This document shows positions 1-12,140 of a DNA stretch of 64,000 nt, piece after piece. The position numbers and the translations under genes were made by a program. This DNA comes from an uncultured Gemmatimonadaceae bacterium (GTDB lineage: Bacteria > Gemmatimonadota > Gemmatimonadetes > Gemmatimonadales > Gemmatimonadaceae). How positions within the stretch are numbered: position 1 is the stretch's first letter; every line of letters starts with the position of its first letter. The stretch is taken from NCBI GenBank assembly GCA_963829055.1, contig CAWHHI010000003.1:256001-320000 (forward strand), in the 5' to 3' direction. Below the pieces are notes generated by a model that made no database searches, had not been told where the DNA came from, and was given only the letters and a program-made list of their open reading frames with translations.

Positions 1-239
1 CAGCGCCGCGCTCGTCGACGCGAACTCGTCGGTGACGAGGCCGGCCATGTACGCGAAGTTGCCGTACGACTTCGCGAACCGACCCTGCAGCCCGGTCGCC
101 AGCGCGATGACGCCGTCGACGCTCGTCGTGACCTGCTCTTCCGTCGGCGAGTTCGGGTTCTGCAGGTCGAGGCTGCACGCCCCGAGACCGCCAGTGACGC
201 AGTGGCGACGGCCACCGCGCACTGTCTGATCATGCGCAT
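1..239 (-). CDS. RagB/SusD-family outer-membrane lipoprotein, N-terminal part (runs off window)
   Basis: Manual translation across one indel: MRMIRQCAVAVATASLAV..ACSLDLQNPNSPTEEQV..GLVTDEF; lipobox-like Cys; directly downstream of SusC-like gene. Confidence 0.75.
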   Translation of the reverse strand, partial: MRMIRQCAVAVATASLAVSGRAASTCRTRTRRRKSRSRRASTASSRWRPGCRVGSRSRTATSRTWPASSPTSSRRRARR

Positions 240-255
240 GCGTGGTCTCCGCCTG

Positions 256-3200
256 TCAGTAGGTGAAGCGCGCGCTGATCGACCACACGCGCGGAATCGG
301 GTAGCCGCCGAAGTCGAAGCCGCGATCGGCCGCCGTCGTCTGCACCGAGCCGATGCCACCGGCGTTCGTGCCGAACAGGTTGATCTCCGGATCGTAGCCG
401 CTGTAGTCGGTCCACACGACCAGGTTGCGGCCCGACACGCGTGAGGTCGACGCCGTCGTGGAAGACGCGACGCACGGCCGGCATGCTCGAGCGTGTAGCT
501 CGCCGAGAGCTCGCGGAGCTTCACGAACGTGCCGTCCTCGATCCAGTACTCGAAGATGCCCTGCGTGCGCGCATTGAAGCCCGGCGGCAGCTTGCGCGGA
601 TCGCCGTACGGCAGCAGCTCGCGCTCGTACGCCTTCGAGTTGCTCGCGATGCCGGCGTTCTGCGCGCGCGTGGAGAGGTTCATGATCTCGTTGCCGAACA
701 CGCCGTCGAGCAGCGCGCGGACGCGGAGCTTCTCGCATGATCGTGAACTCGTTGAGGAACGAGCCCATCCAGTTCGGATTCGGATCGCCGATGATCGCGT
801 TGAGCGAGTCGTTGCACGTGCCGCCGCTAGATCGCCTGTCGCTGCGCGAGCGTCGCGCCCATGTCCACCGTCTGGTTGCTGCGGCGATAGCGGCCGAGCG
901 AGTCGAGCAGCAGCGCGCCGGTCGACGCAGTTGCGCGCCGCGTACGAGCCGTAGAACACACCGGCCGGCTGCCCCGGCGCGAATGCGGTTCGGGTACCCG
1001 CCCGCCGACTGGAAGTCCTGGATGTCCAGGCTCTCGACGAGGTTCTTGTTGTGCGTGTACGTGATCGTCGACGACCACTGGAAGTTGCGGCATGTCGACG
1101 TTCGTGCGTGCGCAGCAGCAGCTCGATGCCCTTGTTCGACATCGAGCCGATCGGCGCGAACTGCCGCGAGAAGCCGGTGCTCGTCGGCGAGCGGGCGGAA
1201 GAACAGCAGGTCCGACACGAGGCGGTCGTAGTACGTCGCCTCGAGGCCCGACGCGTCCGCTCGAGGAAGCCGAGCTCCGTGCCGACCTCCCACTCGCGCG
1301 CGCGCTCGTTATGCAGGTCCGGGTTGCCGTACGTGACGTCGTTGACGAAGCCCGGGACGGCCCGGCGAACGGCAGCTGCGCGTAGCTGATGAACTGCGAG
1401 TACGCGTTCACGATGCCCGGCTGGCTGCCCGCCCATCCGAGCGCGCTGCGCAGCGCGGAGGTTGTTCACGCAGCCCGGGCTGGTTCTCCGTCACGACGTA
1501 CGACGCCGAGAACTTCGGGAACGCCTGCCAGCGCTCGCGACGGCGCGAACGTCGACGACGCATCGTAGCGAACGGCCGCGGTCAGGAACAGCCGGTCGTT
1601 GCCAACGCGACTTCCTGCTGGCCGTAGAAGCCGAGCGTCCGGAGCTCGACGTCGGTCTGCGCCGGCGGAGAAGACCGAGCCCGCGCTCACGAGATCGCCC
1701 ACCGGCGCGAGACCGTTCGCCGTCGCGCTCGTCGTGCGCACGCGCTGCGACGTGAAGTTGAACCCGCCGGTCGTGCGCAGCTCGAACGTCCCCATCGGTT
1801 TCCAGGTGTAGCTGCCGACGCCGTCCTGATTGACGACGCGCGTGTTCTGGAACACCGACTGCGATCGTCCGGTCGCGATCGGCGCGGTGCCGAGCACCGC
1901 GTTGCGCGGCACGAACTGGCGCTGCTCGAAGCCCGACGTTGTCGATGCCGATCGTGTAGTCGAGCAGCAGGTTGCGTGATCGGCGTGTACGTCAGCTTCG
2001 CCGAGCCGATGAACCGCTCGATCGTCTGCGGATTGCGAATGCGATCGATCGCCAGCAGCGGGTTCGTACCGAGCGACGGCGGCAGCGGATACACGCCGTT
2101 CACCGGCCGGAAGTCGACGTTCGTCGGCGCGAAGAACAGCGACCCCATGATGCCGTAGTCGTTCTGCTCGCCGAACGCCTGCATCTGGTTCTCGGTCGTG
2201 ATGTAGTTCGCCGTGACGTTGCCGATGAGCTTCGACGCCAGCTGCTGCTGCAGGTTCACGCGCGCACCCGCTCCGCTGCGACGACGTCGACTTCATGATG
2301 CCGTCTTCGTCCGAGTAAGTTGCCGCTGATGTAGTAGCGCGTCTGATCGTTGCCGCCCTCGACGGTGAGGTTGTGCTCGCTGGCCGCGCGCGCGGTGGAA
2401 GATGTCGTGCTGATAGTTGAAGCGCGCGATCGGCAGCCCGTTCTCGTTGTACGGATAGAGATTGAACGGCTGCTGCTCGCGGAGCTCGCTCTGCGCGAAC
2501 GCGCGACGTCAACGTGAACCGCGGCTTGCCGAGCGTGCCGCGCTTCGTGAAGATCTGCACGACGCCGTTGTTCGCGCGCGACCCGTACAGCGCCGCCGCG
2601 GCCGCGCCGCGAATCACCTCGATGCGCTCGATGTCCGACGGGATTGATGTCGGCGAGACGATTCTGCGGATTCGACCGAATGCCGAGGTCGGCGAGCTGC
2701 GCCGAGCCGTTGTCGACGATCACGCCGTCGACGATGTAGAGCGGATCGGATCCGGAGATGAACGAGTTCGTGCCGCGCAGACGCACCGAGATGCCGCCGC
2801 CGCCCGGGCCGCCGGAGTTCTGCGTGATCTGCGCGCCGGGCACCTTGCCCTGCAGCGCCTGATCGACGGTCACGGCCTGCGCCCGGCTGATCATCGTGGA
2901 GTCGATCGACGCGATGCTCGTTCCGAGCTTGCGTCTTCTCGGTCGGCGCCGCCGAGCCGGTGACGACGACTTCGGTCAGGTTGAGCGCGCTCGCCGGTGA
3001 GCGCGATGTCGCCGGTGCTGGCGCCATCGGTCGTGACAGTCGACGGTCTTCGACACCGGCGAATAGCCAATGCGCCGCACGACGAGTCGTGCGTGTCCGG
3101 TCGGGACCGCAGACGATGGTGAAGTCACCGTTCGCGCCGGTGACCGCGCCGAGTCGCGTGCCTTCGACCGAGACCTGCGCGTCGGGCAGGCCTCGTCCGC

Positions 3201-3328
3201 CGGCGGCATCGGTCGACACGCCCGCGGACAGTGCCGGTCGTGGCTTGGGCGATGAGGAGAGAGGGTGATGCAACGAGTGCGAGCGCCAGCGCCGCGAGGG
3301 CGCTGCGCCGAGCGGTAATGACGGCCAT
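256..3328 (-). CDS. SusC/RagA-family TonB-dependent receptor (frameshifted read)
   Basis: Fragments: signal peptide, TGTVRGRV, plug ALQGKVPG..ISVRLRG..DPLYIVDGV, GAAAAALYGSRANNGVVQIFTKRG, C-terminal YSGYDPE..YPIPRVWSISARFTY. Confidence 0.9.
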
Positions 3329-3429
3329 CAGAGATCTCCGAGTCCGAGTGCTCCCCGCCCGCAGCCGAGCTCCTGGGGTGAGCGCTGCGTGGATCGAGAC
3401 GCTACAGGGCTACAGGATAGTGCGCTGCG

Positions 3430-4122
3430 TCACACCGGGCCAGCCGTTGAAGCGATGAACACGACGGACGCCGGCTTGCCGGTCGCCGGATGGATCGGCT
3501 CGCGCATCTCGACGAGCGTGAGACCACTCGCCGACGATGCAGCTCGACCCAGCTCTGCGAGCGTGCGGAAGTACCACGGCGCGGGATCGGAGAAGTCGTC
3601 GCTGAAGCCAGCCCATGACCCGCTGCGCCACCCGTCTATATAAGGTTGGTCGCCACAAGCAATCACCGGATGAAGCGTCTGAACGATGAGCGCGCCACCG
3701 GGCCGAAGCAGTGTTGGCACGGTCGACGATCAGTGCGTCGACGGCCTCCTTCCCGATGAGCGCGAAGTTCGCGACGGCGACGTCGACGGTGAGATCGAGC
3801 TCACCGCGGGCGATCCCTCGTACGACGCGACGCGGAACTCGCCTCCGCCGGCCGCGCGCGCGCGGTCGATGAGCGCGGGCACGACGTCGACGCCGACGAC
3901 CCGTTGGACGCCGCGCGCCGCGAGCGCGCGCACGAGCCACCCTTCGCCGCACCCGATATCGAGCACGGACTCGGGCTGTCGGCTCATGACGGCGTCGACG
4001 ATGGCGCGGTCGGTGACGAGCTTCCGACTCTCGATGCGCTGCTCGCGCACGGCGACGGTCCACGGCGTGGCGTTGGTGTGCCACGACTCGATGATCTTTG
4101 CGTCGGATAGCGGATCAATCAT
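3430..4122 (-). CDS. Class I SAM-dependent methyltransferase (frameshifted)
   Basis: VLDIGCGEG motif; LRPGGALIV; ORFs 3730-4122 and 3430-3720. Confidence 0.85.
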
Positions 4123-4257
4123 GGGGACTGAGGGACTGCGGGACTGGGCAACCGGCGACTGCGGGGCATTCGGTGACTCGCGCAGGGATGCTCTGACCCG
4201 CGAGCAGGCTAGCAGTCAGCTGACAGCTCCCAGCCGAGTCCCCAGCCACCAGTCCCG
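4123..4257. repeat. 7-bp-periodic inverted array (GGGACTG / CAGTCCC)
   Basis: ggggactgagggactgcgggactggg ... cccagccgagtccccagccaccagtccc. Confidence 0.65.
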
Positions 4258-4270
4258 TGTTCAACGTAGT

Positions 4271-4994
4271 TCAACGCTTCAGCTGACCAGCGTACCGCCG
4301 ACTCATGGCCACCGGCTCGGCTGCACCCGCGAAGATACAGCCGATAGCTGAAGTGCGACCACTCCTCCACCCGCTCGACGTACTCGAGGTTCACGATCGT
4401 CGAGCGATGCACGCGCGCGAACGCCGTTCTCCGGCAGCCGCGCCAGCCAGTCGCGCAGCGATTTGCGCGCGCGGTGCGTGCGACCCGTCGCCGAGTCGCA
4501 CCACCGAGTAGTCCCCGTCCGACGCTGATCGACACGATGTCCGCGACCTTCACGAACCCCATCCGGTCGTCGAGCCGCAGAAACAGTCGGTCCTGGTAGT
4601 CGAGCCGAGTCGGCGCCGGTGCGTCGCCGAGTCGATCGTTAGGCGTGCCCAGCCGCTCCACGGCGCGCGCCAGGCGGGCCGGCGCCACCGGCTTGAGCAG
4701 GTAGTCGAGCGCGTTCACCTCGAACGCGCGCACGGCGTACTGATCGAACGCCGTCACGAACACCACCGCCACGGACGGATCGATGAGCGTCAGCAGCTCG
4801 AGCCCCGACTCGCCCGCGAGCTGCACGTCGAGGAACACGACGTCCGCGTCACACGTCCGCACCAGCTCGGCCGCCGCACGCACGCTCTCCGCCTCCGCCA
4901 CCACGCGCACCGCCGACGCGTGCGCCTCCTCGAGCATCGCGCGGAGCTCGCGGCGCGCGAGACGCTCGTCGTCGACGATGATCGCGTTGCGCAC
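4271..4994 (-). CDS. LytR/AlgR-family response regulator (REC + LytTR)
   Basis: IIVDDERLAR, VFLDVQL, FVTAFDQYAVRAFEVNALDYLLKP, FARVHRSTIVNL. Confidence 0.92.
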
Positions 4995-5009
4995 GACGGG
5001 CAGTCGACG

Positions 5010-6149
5010 TTAGGCCTGAGACGTACGCGCAGGCGATGCTCGCCCGACGCGCGCCGGCAGCTCCACCACGCGCGCGCACCCAGCCCTGCTCGTCCGTCAG
5101 CTCGAACCGGTGCCGGCCCGGGAACAGCCGCACCAGCCGCTCCCGCACGTTCCGCACGCCGATCCCGGTCCGCCCGCGTTAGGCGCGCCTCGCCCGACTC
5201 GGCGCCACGCGACCGATGGCGCGGACGCGAGCGACCCCGTGTTCCACACCTCGACCCGCAGCACGCCGTCCGTCACGGCCGCGCGTCGAGACGCACGCGC
5301 AGCGGGCCGTCCCGGCATCTCGCGCGCCGTGCTTGATCGCGTTCTCCAGCAGCGGATGAATCAGAAATGCCGGGATCGCGCACGACTCCGCCGCCGGATC
5401 CACGTGCGTCTCGATCGCGAGCCGCTCCTCGAACCGGATCTGCTCGATCGCGAGATACCCGCGCAGCGCGTCGAGCTCGGCCGCGAGCGTCGTCGTCTCG
5501 AGCGCGCGCTCGACGAGCGCGTGCCGGAGAAACGCCGCGAGCTGCGTGACCATCTGCCGCGCGCGCGCGCGATCCTCGTCGATCATCGCGCGGATGGACG
5601 TCAGCGCGTTGAACAGGAAGTGCGGGTTGAGCTGGTACGCGAGCATCTGCAGCTGCGCTTCCTGCGCGAGTCGCCGAGCCTCCGTCGCCTCGCGCTCGCG
5701 CTCCTGCGACCGTCGCCAGACGAGCACGCCGAAGTACGCCGCGCTCCACACGAGAAACGCGAACACGAACTCCAGGATCGAGCGCGGCATCGATCGTCGG
5801 CTCGAGGAAGATCGCGAACGACGGCTGGAGCCCGACGCCGACCATGATCGCCGCGTGCAGCGAAGTAGCCGACGAACCCCGCCGCGACCGACGCGACCAG
5901 CGCGATCGCCGCGACGCGCCCGCTCACCTCGGGCTCCGTCACGACGCGCCGATACAGCCAGAGGAGCCCGAGGCTCACCACGATGCCGACGAGCGCGCGG
6001 AGCTCCTTGTTCACGAACACCGCGAGCCGGCGACCCGGCTCCATCGATGGCAGGAACGTCAGGAACAGGCTCGACGCGTAGGCCGTCCACCCGCCGATCT
6101 GCGCGAGCCAGAACCCGGCACGAGACGAGAGTGCCCGCACGGCGCCCAA
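5010..6149 (-). CDS. LytS/YehU-family sensor histidine kinase (frameshifted)
   Basis: N-terminal TM helices; QLNPHFLFNALTSI, YLAIEQIRFEERL, LLENAIKHG. Confidence 0.9.
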
Positions 6150-6150
6150 C

Positions 6151-6626
6151 TTACTTCTTCTTCAGCTCGACGTATGAAGATCTTGTTGATGATCTTCCAC
6201 TCGCCGTTCGTCTTGAGCAGCGACATGTAGTCGACGATGTGCGCGTCCGGATAGTCGAGCACGATCTTTCCGATCGCCGCGTTGCCGGTGACGTCGACGA
6301 TCTCGATGCTGCGCTTCCGGACCCCGGTCGCCTCGTCGGCCGCTGGCTTGCCCGGCATCCGCGCGATGTATTCGTCGACGGTTCGCGTCGCGAGCGTGTC
6401 CGCGCTCGACCAGAAGAGCCGCGCCGGCGGGGTTGAAGGCGAGACGCATGTGCGCGCCGTCGCCCGTCGCGTGCCCCTGGATGTAGTGCTCGAGCGCGGC
6501 GCGAACAGCGACTTCGTCGGGTGTCGGCGCGGACATCCAGGCACCGCCAGCGAACAGCGCGGCCGCAACGGCGGCGCAGAGAACGCGTCGCGACGAAAGA
6601 CCCTTTCCGGTCAGGACAGACGACAT
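6151..6626 (-). CDS. Secreted NTF2-fold (Lumazine_bd_2-type) protein
   Basis: AVRAALEHYIQGHATGDG..AFNP, IEIVDVTGNAAIGKIVLDY..DYMSLLKTNGEWKIINK. Confidence 0.8.
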
Positions 6627-6740
6627 GGACCAGCCTCCGATCGAGTTCGGACCATGCCCGGCGGCCGAGCGTCCGGCGCGTTATGGGCGATGGTGGAGGC
6701 GAACGATCGGGGTCGCGTCGGCTCTGACGAAATAGATTCT

Positions 6741-6794
6741 CGCCCGAGCGGTGGCATCGTCGCGCCGAGCGGTTGGCACGAGCGCCGAGTGGTT
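6741..6794 (-). promoter_or_regulatory. Candidate LytTR-type direct repeats
   Basis: CCGAG(C/T)GGT at 6744, 6765 and 6785 (21/20-bp period) upstream of the NTF2-kinase-regulator operon. Confidence 0.55.
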
Positions 6795-6984
6795 TACGCC
6801 TATACGGCTGGACGAGTGTCCGGTTTGATGCTCGGCGAGCCGTTTCTGGGTAGGGCACGACCCTTCGGTCGTGCAACGCTCGCGTGATCGACGCCAACAT
6901 CCGCGGCTTCCGGGTTCCAGTCTGGTGTCCGATATTCGTGCGCCGCCGCGGCTGACCCAAACGAAATCGAGTAAGGAGAGGACA

Positions 6985-8359
6985 ATGACAACTAATGCGC
7001 ACTGCAGGTCTCTCGGGCCCGTCATTCGGCAGCGGGACTCAGCGGGACCGTCATCCGTCGCGGCGACGCCGACTACGATCAGGCACGCCGCGTGTGGAAC
7101 GGGATGATCGATCGTTCGCCGGCGATGATCGTGCGCTGCAGCGTCCACCGCCGATGTCGTGGCGGCCGTCAACTTCGCGCGCGAGGCAGGGCCTCGTGCT
7201 CTCCGTCCGCGGCGGCGGTCATAACGCGGCGGGCTTCGCGCGTCGTGCGACGACGGTCTCGTCATCGACCTGTCGTCCATGCGCGCGTGACGGTCGACCC
7301 CGGCGAGCGAATCGCGTCCGCGCAGGGCGGCGCGCTGTGGCGCGACCTCGACGCGGCGACGCACGCGCACGGCCTCGCGACGACGGGCGGCGTCATCTCG
7401 AGCACCGGCGTCGGCGGCCTAACGCTTAGGCGGCGGTCTCGGCTGGCTCATGCGCAGCACGGCCTGGCATGCGACAACGCTCGTCGCCGTGGAGATCGTG
7501 ACGGCCGACGGCACCGTCCGGCGCGCCAGCGCGACCGAGAACGCGGATCTGTTCTGGGCGGTTCGCGGCGGCGGCGGCAACTTCGGCGTCGTCACGACGT
7601 TCGAGTTCCGGCTGCACCCCATGAGCACGCTGTACGGCGGCATGCTCGTGTATCCCGGTCGCGCGAGCGCCGCGAGGTGCTTCGCCGTACCGCGACCTGG
7701 CGGCGAAGGCGCCCGACGAGCTGACGATGTTCGCCGGCCTCATGACGTCACCCGATGGCACGCCCATCATGGCGGTCCTCGTCGCGCTACAACGGCCCAG
7801 CCAGCGCCGGCGAGGCGGCGATCAAGCCGCTGCGCGACCTCGGTCCGGTGGCCGATCAGGTGTCGGACGATCCCGTACCCGGCGCTGAAGTCGATGCTCG
7901 ACGACGGGTTCCCGTCACGGATTGCACGTCTACTGGCGCTCCGACTTCCTGAAAGGCGCTGCCTGACGAGGCGATCGACACGCTGGTGCGAGCGGTTCTC
8001 GTCGATCACGTCACCGCTCTCGGCTCTGTTGATCGAGCAGTTCGGCGGCGCGGTCGCCCGCGTGCCGGCCGACGAGACGGCGTTCGCGCAGCGCGATGCG
8101 ATGTTCAACCTCGCGGTCATTGCGCGCTGGACTGATCCCGCGACGGCCGGTTCGCACGTGGACTGGGCGCGCCGGAGCGAGCGAGGCGATGCGTCCCTTC
8201 GCGTCGGGCGGGGTGTACGTGAACTACCTCGGCGACGAGGGCGAGGAGCGTATCCGGGCTGCGTACGGCGCCGAGAAGTACGCGAAGCTCGTGGCGATCA
8301 AGAAGCAGTACGATCCGACGAACCTGTTCCGGCTCAATCAGAACATCAAGCCGTCGTGA
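6985..8359 (+). CDS. FAD-binding oxidoreductase, berberine-bridge (BBE) type (frameshifted)
   Basis: AAGGAGAGG RBS; WNGMIDRSPA, SVRGGGHN, DLFWAVRGGGGNFGVVT, YVNYLGDEG..KKQYDPTNLFRLNQNI. Confidence 0.9.
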
Positions 8360-8388
8360 TGGGAGGCGCGGGAGCGCGTTAGGTACAC

Positions 8389-8515
8389 GTCATCCCGAGC
8401 GTCAGCTGTGGTCATCCCGAGCGTCAGCGAGGGACCTTGTGTGATGTCATCGTAGCAAGTCTGGCCACGAGTACGTCACAGAAGGTCCCTCGTCGCTGGC
8501 GCTCCTCGGGATGAC
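8389..8515. repeat. REP/MITE-like palindromic element, GTCATCCCGAGC family
   Basis: gtcatcccgagcgtcagc (twice) ... ctcgggatgac with inner gagggacct/aggtccctc stem. Confidence 0.8.
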
Positions 8516-8707
8516 AGTGGGCCGACGTTAGGCACCGGGGGAAACGGCTAGAAGTCAGGATGCTGTTCGCATATCAGCGGGGAGGCCCTCTACGGGGTCT
8601 CCCCGCTGGCCGTTCGTCCGCGCGAACCCTACGTTCTTGAGGGACCAAGAGAGCGCCATGGTCGGCGCAACGAGCCCGCCCCGCACCAGTATTCTCCCAG
8701 AGACTTC

Positions 8708-11700
8708 ATGATCAGAGGTCGTGCCATGCTGAACCGGCGCATCCGCCTCGCGCTCCGTTCGATCGTTCCCCTGGCCCTCGGCGCCGCTACGGCGCTCCCG
8801 GCCCAACAGCCCGCCGCACGACCAGTCGCGACGCGAACGGCTGCGGCCGCCAACAGCGCCACTCGCGCGGCCCCGTTCACGGCGCCGATCGACCTCGCAA
8901 TGCTGTCCGGGCTTCGCTACCGAAGCATCGGGCCGGCCCGCGGCGGACGCGTCACGACCGTCACCGGCGTGCCGTCGCAGCCTTACACGTTCTACATGGG
9001 CTCGACCGGCGGCGGCGTGTGGAAGACGATCGACGCCGGCCAGACGCTGGGTCGAACGTCACCGACGGGCAGATCGGCGTCGGGTCGATGGGCGCGATCG
9101 ACGTGTCGCAGTCCGACCCCAACACGATCTACATCGGCACCGGCTCCGATGGCCTCCGCTCGAACGTCTCGATCGGCGACGGCGTCTACAAGTCCAGCGA
9201 CGCCGGAAAGACCTGGACGCACATCGGACTCACGCGACGTCGGGCAACATCGGCGGCGTTCGCGTGCATCCGTCGAACCCGGACATCGCGTTCGTCGCGG
9301 CCATCGGCAACCCGTTCAAGCCTAACGCCGACCGCGGCGTCTTCCGCACGAAGGACGGCGGCAAGACGTGGCAGAAGGTGCTGTTCGTGTCGGACAGCAC
9401 CGGCGCGGTGGACGTCGAGTTCCAGCCCGGCAACCCGAACGTCATGTTCGCCGCCATGTGGCGCGGCGAGCGCAAGCCGTGGACGATCATCTCCGGCGCG
9501 CGCGAGGGCGGCATCTACCGCAGCACCGATGGCGGCGACACCTGGACGAAGGTCACGAACGGTCTACCTAACGAGCTCGTCGGCAAGGCGAACATCGCCG
9601 TCTCGAACGCGAACCCGAACCGCGTCTATGTCCTGATCGAGGCGAAGCCCGGCAGCGGGCTCTATCGCTCCGACGACGGCGGCCAGTCGTTCCAGGTCGC
9701 CAGCACGTTCGCGCAGATCATCACGCGGCCCTTCTACTACACGACGATCACCGCCGATCCGAAGAATGCCGACGTCGTGTACGCCGGCTCCGAGGGATAC
9801 TTCCGCTCGAGCGGATGCCGGAAAGACGTGGCAGCCCATGCGCGTCCCGCACGGCGACAATCACGACATGTGGATCAATCCGAACAACTCGGACATCATG
9901 ATCCAGTCGAACGACGGCGGCGCGAACGTGTCGATCAACGGCGGCCGCACGTGGAGCACGCAGTACAATCAGCCGACGGCCGAGATCTATCAGGTGTACG
10001 TGGACAACCAGTTCCCGTATCGGCTGTACGGCGCGCAGCAGGACAACTCCACGCTCATCGTGCCGAGCCTGCCGACGTCCGGCGGACGCCCGGATGACCC
10101 GATCCAGTCGTGGCGCACCGGCCCGGGCTGCGAGACCGGTCCCATCACGCCGCACAACGACGAATCCCGGACACGGTCTACGGCTCGTGCAAGGGACAGT
10201 TCTCGCGCATGGCCTGCGCACCGGGCAGGAGAAGCAGTACTGGGTCGGCGCGCAGTCGCTGTACGGCAACCCGGGCAAGGACCTCATCTACCGCTTCCAG
10301 CGCGTGTCGCCGATGGAGCTGTCGCCGAACGATCCGCGCACGATCTACTACGGCTCGCAGTACGTCCACCGCACGCGCGACGAAGGCGTGACGTGGGAGA
10401 AGATCTCACCGGACCTCACGGCGAACGACCCGAAGTATCAGGACAAGCCCTCGGGCGAGCCGATCACGATCGACGTCACCGGCGAGGAGTACTACAGCGT
10501 CATCTACGCGATCGAGGAGTCGCCGCTCGAGCCGGGCGTGATCTGGACCGGCTCGAACGACGGGCCGTTCTACGTCACGCGCGACAACGGCAAGTCGTGG
10601 ACGAACGTCACGCCGAAGAATCAGCCGCCTGGCTGCCGCGTGCAGAGCATCGACCCGTCGCCGCATCGCCGAGGCTCGGCGTACTACTCGGTGCTGTGCT
10701 ACCAGCTCGGCGACTTCCAGCCGTACATCTGGCGCACGGATGACTACGGCAAGACGTGGACGCGCCTGACGGACGGCACGAACGGCATCCCGAACAACCA
10801 GCCGACGCGCGTGGCGCGCGAGGATCCCGACCGCGAGGGGTTGCTCTACGCGGGGACGGAGTTCGGGATGTTCGTGTCGTTCGACAACGGCAAGAAGTGG
10901 CAGTCGCTGCAGCTCAACCTGCCGGCGACGCCGATCACGGATCTCAAGATCCACAAGAAGGACCTCGTCCTGTCCACGCAGGGCCGGTCGTTCTGGATCC
11001 TGGACAACCTGACGCCGCTGCATCAGATGTCCGACGCGATCGCCGTCCGTCGGCGACGCTGTTCAAGCCACGCGACGCGTACCGGTTCCGCTACACCGCG
11101 GGCTTCGGCGGCGTCGAGTCGACGAGATCGAATCCGGCCGATCCGCAGTATCCGCCGGCCGGCGCGATGATCGACTACTGGCTGCCTAACGGCGCGACGG
11201 GGCCGGTGACGCTCGAGGTGCTCGACGGCAGCGGCACGGTGATTCGCCGGTTCTCGAGCGACGGCGCGGGCGAGCGGGAGCAGACGCCCGACCAGCCGGG
11301 CATGCGTGCGCCCGGAGATGGTCACGGTGGGCACGCCGCGTCTCCGGAACGTGCCGGGCCTCAACCGCTTCACGTGGGACCTGACGCTGGCGCCGCCGGT
11401 CGACCCGAGCCGTCAGGGCGGCGGTGGTGGCGGCTTTGGTCGCAGCCAGCGGCCCGGTCATCGTGCCGGGCAACTATACGGTGCGGCTCGCCGCCGGCGG
11501 CAAGACGATGACGCAGCCGCTCACGGTGCTCATCGATCCGCGTGAGGCGAAGGATGGCGTCACGATCGCCGACCTGCGCGAGCAGTTCCAGCACAACATG
11601 CAGCGTCCGCGACATGGTGACCGAGGTGAACCAGCTCGTGGCGACCGTCGAGAGCGCGCGCCAGCGCCTCAAGAACGCGACGGGCGCGCGGCGGACACGC

Positions 11701-11921
11701 TGCGCAAGCTCGACGAGCTGCACGCGAAGGTGGTGACGGCGGCGATCCGCTACAGCAAGCCGGAGTTGCAGGCACACATCCAGTACCTGTACTCCCTAAC
11801 GACGCAGGCGGATCAGAAGATCGGCCGCGACGCGGTGGAACGTCTGCGTGTGCTGCGCACCGAGCTGGACCAGCGCCAGTCGGATGTGCGGGCGTTGTTA
11901 GGCGCGAAGGTGGTGCAGTAG
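8708..11921 (+). CDS. Large secreted BNR/Asp-box (VPS10/sialidase-like) beta-propeller protein, putative glycosyl hydrolase (frameshifted)
   Basis: [12 protein letters not shown], repeated SxDGGxTW boxes, [44 protein letters not shown]. Confidence 0.85.
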
Positions 11922-11922
11922 G

Positions 11923-12132
11923 CGGGGACTGGGGACTGGGGACTGGAACTGCGGCTGGTTGCTGGGTGGTCGTGCTGGTTGCTGGGTGACGCTGGGTGCG
12001 GCTGCATGCAGCGAGCAGCGCGTGGCGTACCGGGCGGTAATAGCAGCAGCGGGCAGCGTGCGGCCGCAGCATGCAGCCGTCGGCAGATGTGCCCAGCGTG
12101 CAGCCGCTCCAGTCCCCAGTCCCCAGTCCCCG
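11923..12132. repeat. 7-bp-periodic inverted array (GGGGACT / AGTCCCC) between convergent genes
   Basis: ggggactggggactggggactgg ... ccagtccccagtccccagtcccc with internal gctgcatgcagc repeats. Confidence 0.8.
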
Positions 12133-12140
12133 TCCAACAG

